A stretch of DNA of 64,000 nucleotides from an uncultured Flavobacteriaceae bacterium (lineage in GTDB: Bacteria; Bacteroidota; Bacteroidia; Flavobacteriales; Flavobacteriaceae), in contig CALOAJ010000003.1 in NCBI GenBank assembly GCA_942491255.1, positions 10,257 through 74,256 on the forward strand, written 5' to 3'. The notes beneath the pieces are model-generated. The model did no database searches, had not been told where the DNA came from, and worked only from the letters and a program-made list of their open reading frames with translations. Position 1 is the stretch's first letter. Every line of letters begins with the position of its first letter. The translations under genes and the position numbers were made by a program. Shown piece by piece: positions 57,442-64,000 of this stretch.

Positions 57442-58545
57442 ATGCCACTTACAGAGCCTTTCAGAAAGATTATTCATGTAGACATGGACGCCTTCTATGC
57501 CTCGGTTGAACAACAAGACCATCCGGAATTAAAAGGAAAGGCGATCGCTGTAGGCGGAAATGAAATAAGAGGGGTAGTCTCGGCAGCTAGCTACGAAGCA
57601 AGGAAATACGGCGTTAAAAGTGCCATGAGTGGAGCACTTGCTAAAAAATACTGTCCTGATCTGGTCTTTCTAAAACCCCGCTTCTCCAGATATAAAGAAA
57701 TATCATCTATTATTAAGCAGATTTTTTACGAATATACCGATTTAGTGGAACCGCTTTCTTTGGATGAGGCCTATTTGGATGTTACTGAAAACAAAAAAGG
57801 TAATCCTTCGGCTACCCTGCTTGCACAAGAGATACGACATCAAATTTATGAGAAAACAGGTTTAACAGCCTCTGCCGGAATATCAATTAACAAGTTTATA
57901 GCGAAAGTCGCTAGCGATTACAATAAACCCAATGGACAAAAAACAGTGAATCCAGAAGAGGTTTTAGGTTTTTTAGAAGAATTAGATATTCGCAAATTTC
58001 ATGGTATTGGAAAAGTAACCGCCCAAAAGATGTATGCACTTGGAGTTTTTAGTGGAAAAGATTTAAAATTAAAACCTATTGATTATCTGGAAGCCAATTT
58101 TGGAAAAAATGGTTCCTATTACTACAATGTTGTTCGGGGTATTCACAATAGCCCGGTAAAATCAGAGCGCAAACCTAAATCTGTGGGTGCAGAGAGAACT
58201 TTTGAAACGAATTTAAGTAGTGAAATTTTTATGATTGAAAGATTAAAACAGATATCCGATGAACTTGAGCATAGAATAAAGAAAGTGAATATTGCAGGCA
58301 GAACGCTAACCTTAAAAATAAAGTATAGCGATTTTAATATGCAAACTCGGAGTAAAACCCTGCCCTATTTTATTTCCGATAAAAGTTTAATACTGGCCAC
58401 TGCTAAAGAACTTCTTTTTCAGGAAAAGTTGGAAAACTCTGTTAGACTATTGGGGATATCACTCTCAAATCTAAACACTCAATCTCCCTCAAGTCAAAAA
58501 ATTGAAAAAGAAAAAGTGTCCGTTCAACTTCGAATTGCTTTTTAG
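57442..58545 (+). CDS. dinB: DNA polymerase IV (Y-family)
   Basis: RKIIHVDMDAFYASVEQ, SLDEAYLDVT, and ISINKFIAKVASDYNKPNG. The track's TTG 57436 is the TTG of a TAAATTTG box, so ATG 57442 is preferred. Confidence 0.93.
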   Translation: MPLTEPFRKIIHVDMDAFYASVEQQDHPELKGKAIAVGGNEIRGVVSAASYEARKYGVKSAMSGALAKKYCPDLVFLKPRFSRYKEISSIIKQIFYEYTDLVEPLSLDEAYLDVTENKKGNPSATLLAQEIRHQIYEKTGLTASAGISINKFIAKVASDYNKPNGQKTVNPEEVLGFLEELDIRKFHGIGKVTAQKMYALGVFSGKDLKLKPIDYLEANFGKNGSYYYNVVRGIHNSPVKSERKPKSVGAERTFETNLSSEIFMIERLKQISDELEHRIKKVNIAGRTLTLKIKYSDFNMQTRSKTLPYFISDKSLILATAKELLFQEKLENSVRLLGISLSNLNTQSPSSQKIEKEKVSVQLRIAF

Positions 58546-58815
58546 ATATAATACCATAGAATTGAAGTAATTATAAATTCAAAAACACCAGAAACAGAAG
58601 AAAATATTGATTCTTTTGTTCATGCTTTTATAGGCACAATAGGGCTATGCTATCAAATAAATTAAACAAAAGTGTTAATCCTAAACGTATATTTTACATC
58701 TAAGATGATAATTTGTAGTATTGATGAAAATTGCTATGAAAAAGATTTAATTTAATTCTTTTCCCCCATTCTTTTTCGTAAAAAACATGCTAAGAATTAT
58801 ATCCTTTAAGACCTT

Positions 58816-59337
58816 ATGAAAGAGTTGCTTGATTATGACACTGCCGCTTCCCAATTTTATAAAAAATCAAATTTTACGTATTTCTCACTAAGTGCATGGG
58901 ATTTATCCGGAGTATTTTTTGATGAAACCTGTAAGGAACATAAAAGTTTAAATGAATTAAAAGTACTTGCATCCAGAAATAAATGGAAAAAAGAACCATC
59001 TTATCATAGAACGGCTTTAGATGAAGGTTTGGTGATTGTGGTAACCGATCCAAATCTTAAAATTGTGCACACTACCAGTAATATTACTAAAATGAATGGT
59101 TATACTCCAGAGGAGGTAAAAGGAAAAAGCCCCAATATTTTTCAAGGTGAACAAACAGATAAAAGAAGTAAGGCAAAAATCTATAATGCCATTCGCCAAA
59201 ACAAGCCCTTTGAAACTACATTAGTAAATTATAGAAAAGACGGTAGTATTTACAAATGTTGGATTAAGGCAGAACCCATTTTTAATAAAAAAGGAGTTCT
59301 TACGAATTTTATAGCCTACGAAAAAGCTGTAGCCTAA
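58816..59337 (+). CDS. Standalone PAS protein, LOV-like but lacking the photoactive cysteine
   Basis: 173 aa. IVVTDPNLKIVHTTSNITKMNGYTPEEVKGKSPNIFQGEQTD...LVNYRKDGS...FIAYEKA is collinear with LOV domains (…TDP…GY…E.lGrNCRFLQG..TD…NY.KdG…fiGvQ.D), with NCRFLQG replaced by SPNIFQG. Confidence 0.7.
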   Translation: MKELLDYDTAASQFYKKSNFTYFSLSAWDLSGVFFDETCKEHKSLNELKVLASRNKWKKEPSYHRTALDEGLVIVVTDPNLKIVHTTSNITKMNGYTPEEVKGKSPNIFQGEQTDKRSKAKIYNAIRQNKPFETTLVNYRKDGSIYKCWIKAEPIFNKKGVLTNFIAYEKAVA

Positions 59338-59364
59338 CTGCAATTAAGTTTTAGAAAAAGCGCA

Positions 59365-60807
59365 TTAAAAGGAGCAGGTTTCTATCTCAGTTACCCTTAG
59401 TGTATTTACCATGCCCTTACTTTTAATTGGCATCGCTGCAAGGCTGATCAACATATCACCTACATCTAAATATCCTTTTTTACATGCTATACTATTAACA
59501 TCTTCAATAGTCTCATCTGTGGATACAAATTTGTCATAGTAAAAGGCCTTAACACCCCAAAGTAAATTCAATTGGGTGAGAATTCTTTTATTAGATGTAA
59601 AAACTAATATATGTGCACTAGGTCGCCAAGCGGATATTTGAAAAGCCGTATAACCACTATTGGTTAAGGTTGAAATGGCTTTTGCTTGTATTTCATTTGC
59701 CATGATAGCCGCGTGATAACAGACTGACTTAGTGATATACCGTTTTGTTCTTATATGAGGAGGTTCCTGAGGCACGTTAATAAGGTCAGAACCTTCAACA
59801 CTAAGTAAAATACTTGCCATTTTTTGAATTACCTCAACCGGATAGTTCCCTACCGAAGTTTCGCCAGAAAGCATGACGGCATCAGCTCCATCCATAACAG
59901 AATTCGCCACATCGTTAACCTCAGCGCGGGTAGGAGTAAGACTTGTAATCATTGTTTCCATCATCTGCGTAGCAATAATAACAGGAATTCTAGCCTTCTT
60001 TGCCCGGAGAACCAACTTCTTTTGAATTAGAGGTACTTCTTGGGCCGGAACTTCAACCCCTAAATCTCCTCTAGCAACCATTATCCCATCACAATAAGAA
60101 ACTATTTTATCAATATTTTTTACCGCTTCAGGTTTTTCTATTTTGGCGATAATAGGAATTTTGTGCTCAGAATTTTCGTTAATTAGATTTTGAAGATCGA
60201 TCAAATCTTGGCTAAATCGAACAAAGGAAAGAGCTATCCAATCGACATCTAATTTAATAGCAAACAAGGCGTCTTCAATATCCTTTTCTGTTAAGGCAGG
60301 TAAACTAATATTCGTGTTAGGTAAATTGACCCCTTTTTTTGACTTCAGAGGACCTCCCTGAACTACTTTAGCCGTAACTTCATTTTCTCTATTTGTTGTC
60401 AATACTTCAAACATGAGTTTCCCATCGTCTAGTAATATCCTTTCTCCCGGATTCACATCTCTTGGAAAATTAGAGTAATTCATATATACTCTCTCGGCAT
60501 TACCTTCAAAGGGCTCTCCGGTGACAAAAGTAATTTCATCCCCGGGGGAGACGATCACTTCTCCGGCCATAACCCCTACTCTAAGTTTTGGTCCTTGTAA
60601 ATCTGCTAAAATGGCTGTATAAATTCCCATTTCTTCATTTAAGGAACGTATCATTTCCACACGTGCTTTTACATCCTCATAATCGGCATGTGAAAAATTA
60701 ATTCGAAAGACATCAACCCCAGAAATAATCATTTCCTTTAAAACCTCCCTCTTACTTGTGGCAGGCCCAAGAGTGGCTACAATTTTTGTCTTTTTAATAT
60801 TAGGCAT
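59365..60807 (-). CDS. pyk: Pyruvate kinase
   Basis: 480 aa. TKIVATLGPA, DVFRINFSH, MVARGDLGVE, ATQMMETM. Confidence 0.96.
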   Translation of the reverse strand: MPNIKKTKIVATLGPATSKREVLKEMIISGVDVFRINFSHADYEDVKARVEMIRSLNEEMGIYTAILADLQGPKLRVGVMAGEVIVSPGDEITFVTGEPFEGNAERVYMNYSNFPRDVNPGERILLDDGKLMFEVLTTNRENEVTAKVVQGGPLKSKKGVNLPNTNISLPALTEKDIEDALFAIKLDVDWIALSFVRFSQDLIDLQNLINENSEHKIPIIAKIEKPEAVKNIDKIVSYCDGIMVARGDLGVEVPAQEVPLIQKKLVLRAKKARIPVIIATQMMETMITSLTPTRAEVNDVANSVMDGADAVMLSGETSVGNYPVEVIQKMASILLSVEGSDLINVPQEPPHIRTKRYITKSVCYHAAIMANEIQAKAISTLTNSGYTAFQISAWRPSAHILVFTSNKRILTQLNLLWGVKAFYYDKFVSTDETIEDVNSIACKKGYLDVGDMLISLAAMPIKSKGMVNTLRVTEIETCSF

Positions 60808-60810
60808 ATT

Positions 60811-61275
60811 TTATAAAATTAAATTTTGTTTTGATTTTATTGTACTTACATCTATGGGATAAGCGGTAACTACTTTAGCTATCTTTAAAAGGGACTCCAA
60901 AAGCCAATCTTCCAAATCTTCCCCTTCTTGTTCAATTTTCAGAAAATAATCTACTTCTTTAAATTCAGGTAATAAATGATAAACCGTAGAAGTTGAATCC
61001 TCACTAAACAAATCATTTCTTTTTAAATATTCTTCCTTAATACTTGTGTTTACGATTAAGGCCCAGTTTCTCTCGTTTATGGTATCTTTCCATTCATAAA
61101 TTGGGAATAGCGACTTGTTAGAGATATCAATATCTGAAGAAGCTCTTTTTAAACGAGTATTTAAGATCCCATTCAGGGCGTACACTAATGAAAAGTCTTC
61201 TAAGTTACTATGAATGGCAAAAAGGCTGTAATCTTCCTCATAAAAGTTATCCGAAAACTTATACGTCGTAATCAT
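60811..61275 (-). CDS. IPExxxVDY-family protein (conserved Bacteroidota protein of unknown function)
   Basis: 154 aa containing LLPEFKEVDYFLKI. Sits between rnc and pyk, as in other Bacteroidota. Confidence 0.75.
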   Translation of the reverse strand: MITTYKFSDNFYEEDYSLFAIHSNLEDFSLVYALNGILNTRLKRASSDIDISNKSLFPIYEWKDTINERNWALIVNTSIKEEYLKRNDLFSEDSTSTVYHLLPEFKEVDYFLKIEQEGEDLEDWLLESLLKIAKVVTAYPIDVSTIKSKQNLIL

Positions 61276-61306
61276 CCTCTAGAGTAAGTTGTAAAGATAA
61301 TATTAA

Positions 61307-62050
61307 TTATAACTCAATTCTTCCCATTTTATCTTGAAGCGCAAAAAACGCCCTTTTGGATGCCTTTTCCTCTGCTTTTTTCTTAGATGTAGCTCTGGCC
61401 TTCGCCATTACGCGCTCATCAATGGACAATTTTACCGCAAAATGTTTTAAGGCATCATTCCCGTTATCCTCATAAACATTGTAATTAAACTCTTTTTTTT
61501 GTTTTTGACACCATTCTATGACTAAGCTCTTATAGCTTATAACCTTCCCCTCCAACTGCTCAATATCTACATATGGTTCTATAACCCGTTCGGCTATAAA
61601 TTTTTCGCAATATTTATAACCCTTATCTAAATAGATAGCTCCAACTAATGCTTCAAATACATTTCCGTGAATATTTTCTCCAAAATGAGATTTTGGAATT
61701 CTACTTTCAAGGTAGTCAATAAGGTTAAGATCTTTCCCCAATTCATTCAGATGTTTTCTGCTAACAATTTTAGATCTCATTTTAGTTAAATAACCTTCAT
61801 CACCATTGGGTACTTCATTGTATAAATAATGAGAGATGATGGTTCCCAGCATAGAATCTCCCAAAAACTCTAATCTTTCATAATTTAAAGGAATCCCGTT
61901 CTTATCACGCTTATTGGCAGATCTATGGAGAAATGCCTTTTTGTATATACTTAGCTTTTTTGGTTTAAACCCTAATATTTTTGATATCCCTAAAAAAAAA
62001 TCCCCATCCTCTTTGGGATGGGAATTAAATATATTTGACGGGAAATTCAT
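61307..62050 (-). CDS. rnc: Ribonuclease III
   Basis: 247 aa. ERLEFLGDS signature and a C-terminal dsRBD. Confidence 0.93.
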   Translation of the reverse strand: MNFPSNIFNSHPKEDGDFFLGISKILGFKPKKLSIYKKAFLHRSANKRDKNGIPLNYERLEFLGDSMLGTIISHYLYNEVPNGDEGYLTKMRSKIVSRKHLNELGKDLNLIDYLESRIPKSHFGENIHGNVFEALVGAIYLDKGYKYCEKFIAERVIEPYVDIEQLEGKVISYKSLVIEWCQKQKKEFNYNVYEDNGNDALKHFAVKLSIDERVMAKARATSKKKAEEKASKRAFFALQDKMGRIEL

Positions 62051-62058
62051 TTTTTTAG

Positions 62059-63309
62059 TTAGCTAATTTTTTTAAATATTACACAAGCATTATGACCTCC
62101 AAAACCAAAAGTATTACTCATGGCTACATTAACTTCTCTTTTTTGCGCCTTGTTTAATGTTAGATTAAGACTCGGGTCAATATTTTCGTCTACTGTCGTA
62201 TGATTTATAGTAGGTGGAACAATACCATATTTCATACTTAGAATGGAAGCTATAGCTTCTATAGCCCCAGCGGCCCCTAATAAGTGGCCAGTCATAGACT
62301 TGGTGGAGTTTATATTAATATTTCGAGCATGATCCCCAAACACCTCGGAGATTGCCTTTAATTCAGCAACATCGCCCAAAGGAGTAGAGGTTCCATGTGT
62401 ATTTATAGCATCGATATCCTCTGGTTTTAGATTCGCATCTCGCAAAGAATTTTGCATCACCCTTACAACTCCAATACCATCCGGATGAGGAGCTGTCATG
62501 TGATAAGCATCACTAGATAAACCTCCTCCAATCAATTCTGCATAAATTTTCGCCCCTCTGGCTTTGGCGTGTTCGTACTCCTCCAAAATCAAGGCTCCGG
62601 CTCCTTCCCCAAGAACAAAACCATCTCTTGTAGCATCAAAAGGTCTAGAGGCCGTCTCTGGGCTATCATTTCTTGTAGATAGGGCATGCATGGCATTAAA
62701 TCCTCCCATGCCTGCTATGGCAACAGCTGCTTCACTACCGCCAGACACTACTACATCGCAATGTCCCAATCTTATATAGTTTAGAGCATCTATCATGGCA
62801 TTGGCAGATGACGCACAAGCCGATACCGTAGTATAGTTAGGCCCCATAAAACCATGCTTTATAGAGATATGCCCAGGGGCTATATCAGCTATCATTTTTG
62901 GAATAAAGAAAGGATTAAATCTGGGCGTGCCATCTCCGGCGGCAAAATTAAGCATCTCATTTTGAAATGTCTCCAAACCACCTATACCTGCACCCCAGAT
63001 AACACCTACTCTGAACTTATCTACTTTTTCCAGATCTAATCCAGAATCGATAATTGCTTCATCAGAAGAAACTAATGCGTATTGGGAAAATCTATCAAGT
63101 TTTCTAGCTTCTTTGCGGTCAAAATAATCAGTCGCATTGAAATTCTTTAATTCGCACGCAAACTTTGTCTTGAACTTTTCCGTATCATAATAAGTGATAG
63201 GTGCAGAACCACTTTTACCCGATTTTAAAGCTTCCCAGTACTCTTCTAGGTTGTTGCCTATAGGTGTTAAAGCACCAAGTCCAGTAACCACAACTCTCTT
63301 TAATTGCAT
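62059..63309 (-). CDS. fabF: Beta-ketoacyl-ACP synthase II
   Basis: 416 aa. Active-site region TVSACASSANA, HGTSTPLGD, and GHLLGAAG. Confidence 0.96.
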   Translation of the reverse strand: MQLKRVVVTGLGALTPIGNNLEEYWEALKSGKSGSAPITYYDTEKFKTKFACELKNFNATDYFDRKEARKLDRFSQYALVSSDEAIIDSGLDLEKVDKFRVGVIWGAGIGGLETFQNEMLNFAAGDGTPRFNPFFIPKMIADIAPGHISIKHGFMGPNYTTVSACASSANAMIDALNYIRLGHCDVVVSGGSEAAVAIAGMGGFNAMHALSTRNDSPETASRPFDATRDGFVLGEGAGALILEEYEHAKARGAKIYAELIGGGLSSDAYHMTAPHPDGIGVVRVMQNSLRDANLKPEDIDAINTHGTSTPLGDVAELKAISEVFGDHARNININSTKSMTGHLLGAAGAIEAIASILSMKYGIVPPTINHTTVDENIDPSLNLTLNKAQKREVNVAMSNTFGFGGHNACVIFKKIS

Positions 63310-63348
63310 CTAACCAAATTTTAATTGATGTTTAACCCATGTGTAAAT

Positions 63349-63390
63349 TAAAAAAAATTATCCATGCAGCACGATTACCACATGGATAAT
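63349..63390 (-). terminator. Hairpin plus U-tract between acpP and fabF (partial terminator/attenuator)
   Basis: On the minus-strand RNA, AUUAUCCAUG-(14-nt loop)-CAUGGAUAAU is a perfect 10-bp stem followed by a U-run of about 7. Confidence 0.65.
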
Positions 63391-63418
63391 TATAAATCTT
63401 TATCAAGAAATCATAAAT

Positions 63419-63652
63419 TTATTTGGCTTCTTCTATATAACTAATAGCTTGGCCAACAGTTGCAATGTTTTCTGCTTGATCGTCAGGGATTTGAATATCA
63501 AATTCCTTTTCAAATTCCATTATCAACTCAACAGTATCCAATGAATCTGCCCCTAGGTCGTTGGTAAAGCTAGCTTCGGCTACAACTTCGTTCTCATCAA
63601 CACCTAATTTATCAACGATGATAGCTTTTACTCTTGATGCAATGTCTGACAT
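63419..63652 (-). CDS. acpP: Acyl carrier protein
   Basis: 77 aa. [16 protein letters not shown] phosphopantetheine-attachment motif. Confidence 0.97.
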   Translation of the reverse strand: MSDIASRVKAIIVDKLGVDENEVVAEASFTNDLGADSLDTVELIMEFEKEFDIQIPDDQAENIATVGQAISYIEEAK

Positions 63653-63684
63653 AATTATTTTGGTTTTAAAATTTAAATCGTTGG

Positions 63685-63692
63685 CAAAAATA
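63685..63692 (-). promoter_or_regulatory. -7 box (TATTTTTG) upstream of acpP
   Basis: Exact TAnnTTTG match, 32 nt upstream of the acpP ATG. Confidence 0.5.
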
Positions 63693-63904
63693 AAAAACTT
63701 TGGTGTAATAACACTATTTGTCGTTAAAATGTGATGTAATTTAAGAAATTTAAACTCAAGAATAATAGAATAGTCTGAATTTTTATCAGGAAAAAAGACT
63801 ACTTGCTTTTTTTAAATCTATTAAATTGCCTTATTAAACAGGCATTTGTCGAGCTATTTTCATGCTTTGTCTTTTTAAAGATTAAAACTTCACAACAAAA
63901 AGAA

Positions 63905-63912
63905 TAAATTTG
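63905..63912 (+). promoter_or_regulatory. -7 box (TAAATTTG) immediately upstream of purN
   Basis: Exact TAnnTTTG match. The ATG at 63918 begins 5 nt after the box, so the mRNA may be leaderless. Confidence 0.4.
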
Positions 63913-63917
63913 CTTTT

Positions 63918-64000
63918 ATGAAACGAATTGTTCTTTTTGCTTCAGGATCTGGTAGTAATGTTGAAAACATATATAACTACTTTAAAACCAATAAAAATGT
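63918..64000 (+). CDS. purN: Phosphoribosylglycinamide formyltransferase, first 27 codons (continues beyond the window)
   Basis: Hand translation from ATG 63918 gives MKRIVLFASGSGSNVENIYNYFKTNKN, the typical PurN N-terminal G-rich loop. Absent from the track because it is truncated. Confidence 0.7.
   Translation, partial: MKRIVLFASGSGSNVENIYNYFKTNKN

Overview
This is a gene-dense, AT-rich chromosomal segment (roughly mid-30s % GC by eye) that looks like core genome of a Flavobacteriia (Bacteroidota) organism. Support for that placement: the conserved syntenies ileS/DksA-like/lspA, acpP-fabF-rnc-IPExxxVDY-pyk and MoxR-DUF58-BatA..E, plus many TAnnTTTG (-7) promoter boxes. I call 61 protein-coding features. 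Two are cut by the window edges (uvrC at the left, purN at the right; both were found by hand and are absent from the ORF track). Two are interrupted by single-base frameshifts. I also call 4 hairpin terminators, 15 candidate -7 promoter boxes and one polypurine low-complexity tract. I saw no rRNA, tRNA, CRISPR array, transposase, integrase or prophage signal, so most of the window is ordinary housekeeping and metabolism. No clear multi-gene novel system is evident. The items most worth a second look are: (1) an orphan AlbA_2/Schlafen-like gene (38474..39548) whose only ATG is out of frame across an A6 run; (2) a standalone LOV-like PAS protein lacking the adduct-forming cysteine; (3) a small-protein/SulP/beta-carbonic anhydrase/SulP cluster; (4) the 8-gene MoxR-Bat operon, which includes an uncharacterised 554-aa membrane protein; (5) an FGE-like plus Tat-exported Gfo/Idh/MocA pair lying between gpsA and glpD; (6) the ORF-track TTG starts that are really the TTG of -7 promoter boxes, with possible leaderless dinB and purN. 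All product calls rest on motif recognition and hand translation. No database search, HMM scan or statistics were run.
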